Virus record (IMG/VR): IMGVR_UViG_3300031576_000061
Location: 1 to 52,062 of that record
Strand: one strand, 5' to 3'
Source: a virus
Lineage: Duplodnaviria; Caudoviricetes
Length of the DNA stretch: 52,062 nucleotides
Shown: in pieces, positions 27,752 through 35,791 of the stretch
How the letters are laid out: each line of letters begins with the position of its first letter
How positions within the stretch are numbered: position 1 is the first letter of the stretch
The notes under the pieces: model-generated
The model's input: the letters and a program-made list of their open reading frames with translations, nothing else
The model's database searches: none
Told to the model about the DNA's origin: nothing
Position numbers and translations under genes: made by a program

Positions 27752-29287
27752 ATGCCTGTACCAGAAACTGCGCTATTTACTGACGTGAACATAGACGACC
27801 TGAGCGAAGTGATCTCTGACGACGAGAGCATGCAGAAGCTCGCGTTAGCCGATAAGCAGGCCTATAAGGACAAAGTTGCCCAAATCTATCATCGTGCCGG
27901 ATACACCGCTGACGGGAAGCTGCGCCCGATTGCCCAGCGGGCGATGGCGGGAATTGAACGCAAGACGGGTGTTCCTGAAGGCGTGACACAGACGCTCGCC
28001 TCCATGCCCGCGACCGCTGGTGGGGCGTTGCTTGGTGTCGCCGCTGGCGCAGTCGCTGGCCCAGCCGCGTCCTACATCGGGGCGGGCGTTGGCACGGTGG
28101 GCGGGATGCAGGTGAACGCAGAATTGGGGATCACCGAACCGGTCTCCGGTGGTGACGTTGCGTTGGGAATGGCCGCGCCATTCATCGGTCCTGCGTGGAA
28201 GAATATTCGCAAACTGGGTAAGTTCCTGCCGGGCGGTGGCTACGGGGCGCACAAAGCCGCCCTTGAAACGGCTGAAGCACAAGCGGAGAAGTTTGGCATC
28301 ACGAAGGAGACCGTCAAGGCTGGGTGGGACGTCGTCCGTACTGGTGAGAAGTTTGCGGTCCCTGTTGAGAATACGAAGGGGATCCTCAAAGAACGTCTGA
28401 AAGAGCTTGGCGAGCTTTCAACGCTCTCAAGTGGATTCACCGACAAGGGTGAACAAAAGCTCATCACCGACACACTGAAGCATTTGGAGAACACAGGCGT
28501 CCTCGACAGCAAGCAACTGACCGCCTTGTTTAACCATGCCAATAGTGCTAAACTCAAGGAAGGTGGCGAGTGGTGGGGTCGCATCGCCGGGGGCCTTATT
28601 GATGACATGGAAGGCTTCGGGATGAAGGCCGCTGAGGTTGGCGCGAGTGAGCGCTACGGGGCTGCAGCCGTGCAGGGTGCGAAAGACTTGCTGAAGGCGT
28701 CGGCCCTGACCAAGCGACTGACGGCAACCCAGGAACTGGACGCGCTGCTCTCCCGCGTGCAGACCCCACTGGAGAACGATAACGCGATCAAGTTCAACCG
28801 GGACGCGTTCTCGAAGGCGCTCAAGGCGGTCCCTCGCGGCGGTAAGCAGAGCGTCTATGAGGCAGGCATGGGCGAGGACGTGGACAAGATCATCGAGGCG
28901 ACCAAGAACCTTGGCTACATCATCCCCAACCCAGGCATCTCCATGAGTACGGTCGGGCGTGAGCTGCTGCCGGTGGCGTCTGTCGCCGCCTTCGCGGGGC
29001 ATATGGCTGGCGGTGGGGCCGAGATGTATATGACGGCGATGGGTGTCGGATTGACCCTCGGGGCCGTGTCGCGGTTCCTGCTCACACGCGAGGCGGGGCG
29101 TAACTGGATCGCCAAGGTGGTCAAGGAACAGGGCGGGCGGATCAGCGAAGTGCAGATGCGCGAGATGCACGCCGCGCTCACTGGGGCGGGAGCTGGAGCG
29201 GCACAAGGGCTCACGTCGCGCACGAAGGATATCCCAGCAAGCGTCTATGGCATCGCGCCAGGTCAGGTGACGATCGAGAAGCGCTAG
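27752..29287 (+). CDS. Putative internal virion (ejection) protein
   Basis: Glycine-zipper segments (GGALLGVAAGAVAGPAASYIGAGVG). Confidence 0.6.
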   Translation: MPVPETALFTDVNIDDLSEVISDDESMQKLALADKQAYKDKVAQIYHRAGYTADGKLRPIAQRAMAGIERKTGVPEGVTQTLASMPATAGGALLGVAAGAVAGPAASYIGAGVGTVGGMQVNAELGITEPVSGGDVALGMAAPFIGPAWKNIRKLGKFLPGGGYGAHKAALETAEAQAEKFGITKETVKAGWDVVRTGEKFAVPVENTKGILKERLKELGELSTLSSGFTDKGEQKLITDTLKHLENTGVLDSKQLTALFNHANSAKLKEGGEWWGRIAGGLIDDMEGFGMKAAEVGASERYGAAAVQGAKDLLKASALTKRLTATQELDALLSRVQTPLENDNAIKFNRDAFSKALKAVPRGGKQSVYEAGMGEDVDKIIEATKNLGYIIPNPGISMSTVGRELLPVASVAAFAGHMAGGGAEMYMTAMGVGLTLGAVSRFLLTREAGRNWIAKVVKEQGGRISEVQMREMHAALTGAGAGAAQGLTSRTKDIPASVYGIAPGQVTIEKR

Positions 29288-29298
29288 TCGGGGGGAGT

Positions 29299-29469
29299 AT
29301 GCCGGAATACACGTATAAATGCACCCGATGCAAACTTCAATTTGACATCGCACAGCGCATCAGCGAGAAGGCGCTCCAGACCTGTCAGTGTGGTGGCAAG
29401 CTTGCGAAGGTGATCCACGCACCCAGCTACATCGGAGTGACTGGTGGAACGCCTAAGTTCTACACATGA
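29299..29469 (+). CDS. FmdB-family Zn-ribbon protein (not in ORF track)
   Basis: MPEYTYKCTRC...F...QRISE....CQCGGKLAKVI matches the MPxYxYxCxxC family pattern; GGGAG RBS. Confidence 0.8.
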   Translation: MPEYTYKCTRCKLQFDIAQRISEKALQTCQCGGKLAKVIHAPSYIGVTGGTPKFYT

Positions 29470-29485
29470 GGGGTATGAGTGGCAC

Positions 29486-29578
29486 ATGCGCTGTCCACGG
29501 TGTGGCGCGACCATCGCGAAGTGCCACCCGGAAGACGACTGGTGGTGTTGGCGCTGTTTTTGGCCGAAGGTGAAGTGA
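29486..29578 (+). CDS. 30-aa Zn-finger micropeptide
   Basis: MRCPRCGATIAKCHPEDDWWCWRCFWPKVK; TGATG-coupled to the next ORF. Confidence 0.5.
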   Translation: MRCPRCGATIAKCHPEDDWWCWRCFWPKVK

Positions 29579-29652
29579 TGTTCGTGTGGTTCTATATCCT
29601 ACTGTGGCTTGGAATAGTGCTCCTCCTCATGGGATGGGGCAGAAAGGTATAG
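29578..29652 (+). CDS. 24-aa membrane micropeptide
   Basis: MFVWFYILLWLGIVLLLMGWGRKV fills the gap exactly. Confidence 0.5.
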   Translation: MFVWFYILLWLGIVLLLMGWGRKV

Positions 29653-29654
29653 TC

Positions 29655-29858
29655 ATGTGGATGTTTGTGCTCTTTCTCGCGATCAATGGCGTGGACGTGG
29701 AGTTCTACACGCGTACTGATGGCAAGGGCGTCTTCGAGACGCAAGCGGCCTGTGAGGCGGCGCTGCCAGAGGCGCGCCAGGAGTTGATCGACGATCTCAA
29801 AACAGAGCCTCCATTGCCAGAGGGCACGACGATGCACGTCGAGTGCGTCAAGCAATGA
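29655..29858 (+). CDS. Small two-Cys protein, paralogue A
   Basis: MWMFVLFLAING...FETQAACEAA...EPPLP...ECV. Confidence 0.7.
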   Translation: MWMFVLFLAINGVDVEFYTRTDGKGVFETQAACEAALPEARQELIDDLKTEPPLPEGTTMHVECVKQ

Positions 29859-30070
29859 CACTCTCCGGGGAAGTATGGGTGCTCTGGGCCGTGTTCACCT
29901 GGGCCAACGGCAACGAGTGGCAGCCGCTCCAAGTGTACCCCACGTCCTATCAGTGTGACGCTGCGCGCCTGGACCTAGATAGCAAAACCCCTGCGTATGT
30001 GAGGGGCGTCTGTAGACTGTTGGAGGAGACAAACGATGTGGATACTACTGGTCCTTCTGATTTACAGTGA
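29855..30070 (+). CDS. Small two-Cys protein, paralogue B
   Basis: WVLWAVFTWANG...YPTSYQCDAA...GVC; ATGA-coupled. Confidence 0.65.
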   Translation: MTLSGEVWVLWAVFTWANGNEWQPLQVYPTSYQCDAARLDLDSKTPAYVRGVCRLLEETNDVDTTGPSDLQ

Positions 30071-30224
30071 TGGACACGAGAACAAGTTTGAACACAGCCG
30101 CTGGGCTGATTCTGTGAGCTGTGACAAGGCGGCCTACGAGGTGGCGCTCGATTATCTCCGCAATCCAGAGCCGATCGCGGTCATCACTGAGTGTGCCCCA
30201 GCCGAACCTCAAAAGGCCCTGTAA
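30036..30224 (+). CDS. Small two-Cys protein, paralogue C
   Basis: MWILLVLLIYSDG...WADSVSCDKAA...TEC; GGAGGAG RBS. Confidence 0.7.
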   Translation: MWILLVLLIYSDGHENKFEHSRWADSVSCDKAAYEVALDYLRNPEPIAVITECAPAEPQKAL

Positions 30225-30231
30225 GGAGCGT

Positions 30232-30648
30232 ATGCTACCCATTGCTGATGCGATACAAGGACTGTTTTCGGGGGTTATAAAGCCCATACTTGACAAATGG
30301 ATACCGGATGCTTCTGATCGGCTAAAAGCGGAACAAGAAATATCTAGAGCCGTTGAGAAGGTCGGCCAGGACATGCGCGACCTGTTGAAGATCGACGCGC
30401 TGTCAGGCAGTAAGGTCCAAGCGTGGTGGCGTCCGGCGCTGGGGTGGGTGTGTGTGCTCAGCTACACGTGGACGTTCTTTGTTCAGCCCTTCACGGTGTT
30501 CTTCTTAGTCGTCTTCGGGAGCACCTTCAACCCCGCCTCGTTGCCGGTGCTCAACAACGCGGAGTTGAGCGGGCTGTTGTTTGCGCTGCTCGGGATTGGC
30601 GCGATGCGGTCTTACGACAAAGCCCAAGCTGGGAAGAACGGCAAATGA
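30232..30648 (+). CDS. Holin (3TM / GTA-holin-like)
   Basis: ILDKWIPD, WWRPALGWVC, LLFALLGIGAMRSYDK; AAGGAG RBS. Confidence 0.85.
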   Translation: MLPIADAIQGLFSGVIKPILDKWIPDASDRLKAEQEISRAVEKVGQDMRDLLKIDALSGSKVQAWWRPALGWVCVLSYTWTFFVQPFTVFFLVVFGSTFNPASLPVLNNAELSGLLFALLGIGAMRSYDKAQAGKNGK

Positions 30649-30761
30649 CCTGGTATTGGACACTCGCGCTCGGGGTTGGTGAAGGCTTGCTCGTGTGGTG
30701 GCTCCTGTGGATCACGTGGTGGAAAGACCTGGGCGACATGCCCGGAGATAGGGGGGAGTAA
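30645..30761 (+). CDS. Small membrane protein
   Basis: ATGA-coupled; Trp-rich TM segment. Confidence 0.5.
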   Translation: MTWYWTLALGVGEGLLVWWLLWITWWKDLGDMPGDRGE

Positions 30762-30762
30762 C

Positions 30763-30849
30763 ATGGATTTCCTTGAACTCTACACCGCTGCCGTGATAAC
30801 GGTAGCCGCAGGCGTGATTCTGTACACGCTCCTGCGGAGGAACTTGTAG
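30763..30849 (+). CDS. 28-aa membrane micropeptide
   Basis: GGGAG RBS; MDFLELYTAAVITVAAGVILYTLLRRNL. Confidence 0.5.
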   Translation: MDFLELYTAAVITVAAGVILYTLLRRNL

Positions 30850-30955
30850 TTGAAAGCGATACCGTTATGACGAAGCGTGAAGAAAGCGGCATCCTCGATG
30901 CGTTCCTATGACAAGTCTCAGGCAGGAAAGAACAGTAAATAAGAAAGGAGCTACC

Positions 30956-31327
30956 ATGAGCGAATTCCTGAACAAATTAATTGTCACGCCACTATCAGAC
31001 GGCAAGCGTTGGTCAGTTGTTGAGCCATTTGAGTACGTGGTAGGTGAGACAACTGGTGACGAACATATTGTCGTCCCAGTTGGCTTCATCACGGACTTTG
31101 CCTCAGTGCCCCGCCGGTTGTGGGCGTATCTTCCGAAATGGGGGCGCTACGGAAAAGCCAGTGTCGTCCATGACTATCTCTACAATGTGCCTTCGAAGTA
31201 CTCCCGCAGGCAAGCTGATCAAATCTTTCTAGAAGGGATGCGTATCGAATCAGTCAACGCGCCCGTTCGTTTTCTCATGTATGCCGCCATCAGAGTCTTT
31301 GGGTGGCTTGTATGGAGACCTAAATGA
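30956..31327 (+). CDS. DUF1353 family protein
   Basis: VPVGFITDFASVPR..W...GRYGKASVVHDYLY...RRQADQIF. Confidence 0.85.
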   Translation: MSEFLNKLIVTPLSDGKRWSVVEPFEYVVGETTGDEHIVVPVGFITDFASVPRRLWAYLPKWGRYGKASVVHDYLYNVPSKYSRRQADQIFLEGMRIESVNAPVRFLMYAAIRVFGWLVWRPK

Positions 31328-31524
31328 AAGCTACACTTCTCTTTATCCTACTGACCGCTGGCTGTGCAACCCCGCACCACGAACAGTGGACGGTCACGAA
31401 GCCGATTGACGACCGGGGGATGACCACGAAGATCGTCGATTGCATCCTGCTCCAAGATGTGAACGTGAGCGAGTCGGGCCAAGTGACTGGGGCGATCTAT
31501 GAGTGCCAAGTTGAAGGGTGGTAA
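31324..31524 (+). CDS. Small lipoprotein
   Basis: MKATLLFILLTAG-C lipobox. Confidence 0.65.
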   Translation: MKATLLFILLTAGCATPHHEQWTVTKPIDDRGMTTKIVDCILLQDVNVSESGQVTGAIYECQVEGW

Positions 31525-31525
31525 C

Positions 31526-31801
31526 ATGACCAAGCGTGACGAAGAATCTCTCCTACACACGGTCCAGCGCGAGTTCGACCAGCTACGCGCACTCATGGCG
31601 GAGAACCACGCCTTCATGCAGGAGCATGTGAAGACCGATGACGCCCGTAACGACAAGATCGCAGCCGCGCTCTCTATACAAAACGCCCTCGTCGCGGGGA
31701 ACCAACAGCGCCTCGACTCGTTCATCCTCTACTCGAAATGGGTGGCCGGTGGGATGGGGACGTTGGTTCTTGCAGCAGCTAGCTGGCTCATTGGCAGGTA
31801 A
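31526..31801 (+). CDS. Coiled-coil protein with C-terminal TM helix
   Basis: Ends KWVAGGMGTLVLAAASWLIGR. Confidence 0.6.
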   Translation: MTKRDEESLLHTVQREFDQLRALMAENHAFMQEHVKTDDARNDKIAAALSIQNALVAGNQQRLDSFILYSKWVAGGMGTLVLAAASWLIGR

Positions 31802-32015
31802 GTCACGGACGGCTCGCGCCGAAGTCATTCGGCTCAAGGTCGCCATCCTCGCTGATAAGGACTTCAACAAGATTGACCGTGAGGTGCATGCGTGTTGGGA
31901 GAGCGACACCAGCACGGTCTATCTCCGTGCGTCGCGTGTCGGCACCGAACGGCTGGAGGACTGGCTGCACGAGTGCAAGCACGTCTGGGTCGATAAGATC
32001 GACAACGACCGTTAG
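31791..32015 (+). CDS. Minimal HExxH protein
   Basis: ACWESDTSTVYL...WLHECKH; start uncertain. Confidence 0.45.
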   Translation: MAGKSRTARAEVIRLKVAILADKDFNKIDREVHACWESDTSTVYLRASRVGTERLEDWLHECKHVWVDKIDNDR

Positions 32016-32192
32016 ACAGACGTGTTGGTTTCAGCCGTATAAAAGCTCACGCCCGCGATGAGGACGCGAATCCCTTGCAGAAAGAACCAACCTGCAAGCT
32101 TCCACCGCGAGGGTGGGACATACAGCCGTGACGTGGAAAGGCACTGCACGGGCTTAAAAAATTTTATCATACATTCTCCCGTTGGAGCTTCA

Positions 32193-32357
32193 TTAGATCG
32201 GCACTTCAGCTTGAATGCGGTTGGCGAGCTTTCTGAGCGCCACAGACCATCGTGCACAGTCAATCACGCCATGGGGGGTCTCGGCCTTCTCCAGCTTACA
32301 GGCCTTCTCCACTAAGGCGTGATGGATTTCTCGCCACTCTTGCTCCGTGAACTTCAT
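32193..32357 (-). CDS. Hypothetical protein
   Basis: MKFTEQEWREIHHAL...; start uncertain. Confidence 0.5.
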   Translation of the reverse strand: MKFTEQEWREIHHALVEKACKLEKAETPHGVIDCARWSVALRKLANRIQAEVPI

Positions 32358-32468
32358 CGTCGTTTCCCAGGCCACGTTGTCAGCCTCCTGTTCGCTTGAC
32401 TCATAACTTGACTGATCCTTGACCTTCCACGTCACACGCTCACTTGACGGTAGTACCTTGGTAGAGTT

Positions 32469-32663
32469 TCATGCGCCCTCTAAGGCGGTGAAGAGTTTGA
32501 GCAGCGTCTCGTACCTCGTGGTCATCTCATCAAGCTTCTGCTTGAGCACCTTGTGATCCTCGAATAGGACCATATTCACCGGCTGATCCTCAGCGGGGGT
32601 CCCCTGCCAGTTACACCGTACCGCTTGGTAGACCGTCACTGTGTCACACTGTTCTTGTGTCAT
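32469..32663 (-). CDS. Hypothetical protein
   Basis: ATGA-coupled to the upstream gene. Confidence 0.6.
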   Translation of the reverse strand: MTQEQCDTVTVYQAVRCNWQGTPAEDQPVNMVLFEDHKVLKQKLDEMTTRYETLLKLFTALEGA

Positions 32664-33040
32664 CGTTCCCTCGTATACCGCTTCAAGATATTGGCTGCCG
32701 CCCCTTTGGGCGGGCGATCGTCAATGAGACATTGGCATTCGGTTGCGTCACAGAGTATCCCAAGACACGCCAACGCATGACCGAGATGTGAACAGCGCGA
32801 GTCAGGTGCCAGGTCTTCTCCATCCAGGTAGGACAGCAGGTGCCGCATCGCTGCAGACACATAGGCCATCGTACTCACTTTCTTTTTGCGCCAGTTGTAC
32901 GGGCCGTACGTGTCCGCCCCACAACGCATGGCTTCGGCTTGGTAGATGAGACTTGCGGGGGGCACCAGTCCAAGAGGAGTTTTTCGAGCCCCAATGAGAT
33001 CTTTCGGGTTGGTGGAGCGTATTCGACTCTGTCGCGGCAT
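32660..33040 (-). CDS. dATP/dGTP diphosphohydrolase-domain protein (DUF5664-like)
   Basis: KTPLGLVP, GADTYGPYNWR, AAMRHL...GEDLAPDS..SHLGHA, DDRP. Confidence 0.85.
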   Translation of the reverse strand: MPRQSRIRSTNPKDLIGARKTPLGLVPPASLIYQAEAMRCGADTYGPYNWRKKKVSTMAYVSAAMRHLLSYLDGEDLAPDSRCSHLGHALACLGILCDATECQCLIDDRPPKGAAANILKRYTRER

Positions 33041-33390
33041 GCCTCGCGCCCTCCTAACTGTCTGTCTAATGAATCTATGTTAGGGTAAACTGGAATCCCT
33101 GCTTCGTGAGCCCATTTGACTTCCTGATCGGCGCCAGTACTCGCACCAGGCAACCGCAGCAGCGCGTCGCTAGCTAATACCCAAGCCTTATCCACTTCCA
33201 TCCACTCGCGCCAGGTCCGCGGGTCAAGGATGTGCCAGTAGAGCGTGAGATGGGGCACGAATGGCGCATACCCAAGACTAATGAGCCGTCCACCAACAGC
33301 GACGGCGTGACTGACGTTCTCCGCGATCTTATTCAGGTCGGCGTTTGTTGAGAGCGGTCCTGCAACGTACACACGAAGTCGTCTGGTCAT
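32875..33390 (-). CDS. DUF4406 / nucleoside 2-deoxyribosyltransferase-like protein
   Basis: RVYVAGPLS, GYAPFVPH, DALLRLPGASTGADQE..WA...GIPV. Confidence 0.8.
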   Translation of the reverse strand: MTRRLRVYVAGPLSTNADLNKIAENVSHAVAVGGRLISLGYAPFVPHLTLYWHILDPRTWREWMEVDKAWVLASDALLRLPGASTGADQEVKWAHEAGIPVYPNIDSLDRQLGGREACRDRVEYAPPTRKISLGLEKLLLDWCPPQVSSTKPKPCVVGRTRTARTTGAKRK

Positions 33391-33812
33391 GTATTCTCCC
33401 TCATGTAGGCGAAGAACTCCTCCGCGTCACGAAACACCTGCGTTGCGAAACTGAGCATGACATCGTACCGATCGGGGTCGCCGTCGAGCACCACGAAGGC
33501 GGGTTTACCGCGCCCAATCGTGTAGCCGAGTTCGATACACCCACTCTTGCCCGCTGGCAGCACAAGAACGGCCATCTCGCAACGGTCGAGGTGGTACTTG
33601 TCGAACATGAAGATGTTCCGCGAGGACCAACTCAGGAGCGCCTGCACCTGGTCATGCCCCTTCAACTTCTCGTGGTCTCGCCAACTGTCGTCCGCGTGTG
33701 GCCCGACACTCCACCAATCGGTAAAGGCGTCATACCCCAGCTCTCGCAGCACTTTACCAAAGGCACCGATCTCGGGGTTGCGGAGTGACCCGATGACGTA
33801 GATCGACCTCAT
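33387..33812 (-). CDS. Nucleoside 2-deoxyribosyltransferase / N-glycosidase superfamily protein
   Basis: IYVIGS, FDKYHLDRCE...VLPAGKSGCIELGY..GRGKP with the catalytic Glu. Confidence 0.8.
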   Translation of the reverse strand: MRSIYVIGSLRNPEIGAFGKVLRELGYDAFTDWWSVGPHADDSWRDHEKLKGHDQVQALLSWSSRNIFMFDKYHLDRCEMAVLVLPAGKSGCIELGYTIGRGKPAFVVLDGDPDRYDVMLSFATQVFRDAEEFFAYMRENT

Positions 33813-34054
33813 GCGGATTCTCCATCTGTAAATGGTAGCGCCTCCCGCCCGGGCGGGAGCGTCACCCCACCCTCATCCAGGAGCGGGTTCTCCAACGAGA
33901 CCGTCTTGCCGTCCTCCAGTCCACGCGCGTAAGCCGCCTTTTTCTCCTGCTCCAGCGTCCCCATGAACGCCCGCATCATCAGGTTGTGTTGCTTGGTCAG
34001 CTCCACAAGTTGCGCCTTCATACTCTTACGCTTCATGATCCGCGCCAATCCCAT
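33809..34054 (-). CDS. Hypothetical protein
   Basis: Packed ORF, GGAGG RBS; KAAYARGLEDG. Confidence 0.6.
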   Translation of the reverse strand: MGLARIMKRKSMKAQLVELTKQHNLMMRAFMGTLEQEKKAAYARGLEDGKTVSLENPLLDEGGVTLPPGREALPFTDGESA

Positions 34055-34055
34055 G

Positions 34056-34262
34056 TTAGAACACCTCCACACGCCGATCGCGTTCACTGATCTTCACCGC
34101 GGCGTCTTTCATGCGAGCGATGTCTTTTTCCCTCACGACCCGCCGGATAAAAATCCCGTTATCCGGTAGGAACGTCATCACGATGACCCCTGCGACATAG
34201 ATATCGTAGCATTGCGCCGTGTCATCGTAGATCACCATCACGCCCGGAACGTTCGTCGTCAT
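34056..34262 (-). CDS. Hypothetical protein
   Basis: ATGA-coupled to the exonuclease stop. Confidence 0.6.
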   Translation of the reverse strand: MTTNVPGVMVIYDDTAQCYDIYVAGVIVMTFLPDNGIFIRRVVREKDIARMKDAAVKISERDRRVEVF

Positions 34263-34993
34263 CGTTTCACCGCCTTTCGTCCTGTTGACCATCCGCCGCA
34301 GTCATTGCACTGGTACTGCGGGTAGCGGAGGCGTTGTTTGATTGATGTTCCCTGATACGTCGTGTTCTTACTCCCACACTTGTCACAGACCAGCCGCTCA
34401 CGGTAGGCACTGATGAGCGGGTGCGCGCTGATCCATGGGAGTACACGCTTGTAGAGCTTCTCCAACGCCTGTACGTCGCCCTTGTTGTAGCGGCGCATCT
34501 CCTCCCAGCACGACGTGTCCCCCTTCATACAGCCGACCCATAGTTGAAAGCCGCGATGTTTTACCTTCTGTCCCATAGAGAGCGTCTTGAGTACAGCGTC
34601 TAGCTTATTGGACTCAAAACGGAAGGCCGCACGCACTACACGGAGCATATCCACCTGCTTGTATGGTGACGGCGGTGTCAAACCATGCGTCAGAAACTCT
34701 TTATTAAGTGTTGGGAGATCAAAATTCATGCCGTTGTAGGTAACAACGATGTCAGCCTCATCCAAAAGCTTATGAATGCCGCTCAGCATCTCTTTCGGCG
34801 TATCATGCTGAATGGACTTATATATGATTGTAGAGTGCCCAAGCCATTTAGCCGACCAACATAAGATTGCACTTGATAGTTCAATATGGTCGTGACTAAT
34901 ATTTTGCCGCCACAGCCCCCAAGTATAGACCGTGTTGGGAGACGTTTCGATGTCCGCGAATAGAATTTTAGGTGTTGCCACGTTTTGCCTCAC
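34259..34993 (-). CDS. RNase H-like (YprB/DnaQ-type) 3'-5' exonuclease with C-terminal Zn ribbon
   Basis: FADIETSP, YNGMNFDLP, YNKGDV; CDKC...CNDC. Confidence 0.85.
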   Translation of the reverse strand: MRQNVATPKILFADIETSPNTVYTWGLWRQNISHDHIELSSAILCWSAKWLGHSTIIYKSIQHDTPKEMLSGIHKLLDEADIVVTYNGMNFDLPTLNKEFLTHGLTPPSPYKQVDMLRVVRAAFRFESNKLDAVLKTLSMGQKVKHRGFQLWVGCMKGDTSCWEEMRRYNKGDVQALEKLYKRVLPWISAHPLISAYRERLVCDKCGSKNTTYQGTSIKQRLRYPQYQCNDCGGWSTGRKAVKR

Positions 34994-35357
34994 TTAAACA
35001 ACGTGGAGCTGTCCTGCCTGCGCCCTGATCGTTTTTAACTCGCAGGGAACGCCAGTGCGTAACAGATTTTCGGATAGCTTGTCGTCGTCGCATTCCCAAC
35101 AGCGGATACAACGTTAACATCCACGCGACAGCATTTCGTGCATACAGTGCCGTTGTGTAAACGTCTTTATAGTGTGCCCCTCGTACTCGATGTTGAACTC
35201 TACTGCGAAACAATCTAGCAACATGCTCTACAACGTCTTTATCTGTCATGCTAACGTTAAGCCGAGGCGTCCGGGTTTTGCGAGTACCGCCGTTTAACCC
35301 AAAACAGCCTTCACCTTCTAACAGCCCTGCAAGCCACATGATTTCACGTAATGTCAT
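34968..35357 (-). CDS. Free-standing LAGLIDADG homing endonuclease
   Basis: WLAGLLEGEGCF, LNVSMTDKDVV; ATGA-coupled to the lysozyme stop. Confidence 0.85.
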   Translation of the reverse strand: MTLREIMWLAGLLEGEGCFGLNGGTRKTRTPRLNVSMTDKDVVEHVARLFRSRVQHRVRGAHYKDVYTTALYARNAVAWMLTLYPLLGMRRRQAIRKSVTHWRSLRVKNDQGAGRTAPRCLSEAKRGNT

Positions 35358-35791
35358 GACGGGTACGTGCCTGTTAGTAGCATAGTAAAAATATCGTCGC
35401 TCCGTTCTTTTTGCACCTGTTGATACCACTTGCTTTGCTTCAACCGGTCCACGGCACCGGCGTAGTCACCTGTCTCAAGCGCACGGATCGTGTTCTTGAA
35501 CCCACTGAAACTCGTGATGCCCATGTTGAACACGAGGTTCGTTAGAGCATCCTGGCGTACTCCGTCCAGTGTCCGAAACACCGGGAAGGCGCTAAACAGT
35601 GTGTTGCGCGCCTCAGTGATGGCTAGGTCAAGGAGTTGTTCAGCCACGGGGAGCGGCAGCCCGTTATCGCACAGATTCCACCCCCATCCTATTGTCCATT
35701 TGCCCACACTGTCTTGATACAGTTTCGCATTGCCGTTAGGCAGCCGCGGACAGCCCTCGTGACGTTTCAACATGTCCCTTAACGCGTTCAT
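35354..35791 (-). CDS. Phage lysozyme (GH24, T4-like) endolysin
   Basis: KRHEG...YQDSVGKWTIGWG (E-D-T triad), RQDALTNLVFNMG, SKWYQQV. Confidence 0.9.
   Translation of the reverse strand: MNALRDMLKRHEGCPRLPNGNAKLYQDSVGKWTIGWGWNLCDNGLPLPVAEQLLDLAITEARNTLFSAFPVFRTLDGVRQDALTNLVFNMGITSFSGFKNTIRALETGDYAGAVDRLKQSKWYQQVQKERSDDIFTMLLTGTYPS

Noticed and set aside
28427-29353. Long antisense ORFs (this one, 3463-4134, 4306-5019, 5341-5973, 42698-43315 and others)
   Set aside because: Shadows of GC-rich genes on the opposite strand, with no motifs or RBS support.
32660-33812. 2-aminoadenine (Z) genome
   Set aside because: No PurZ/adenylosuccinate-synthetase-like gene is present.
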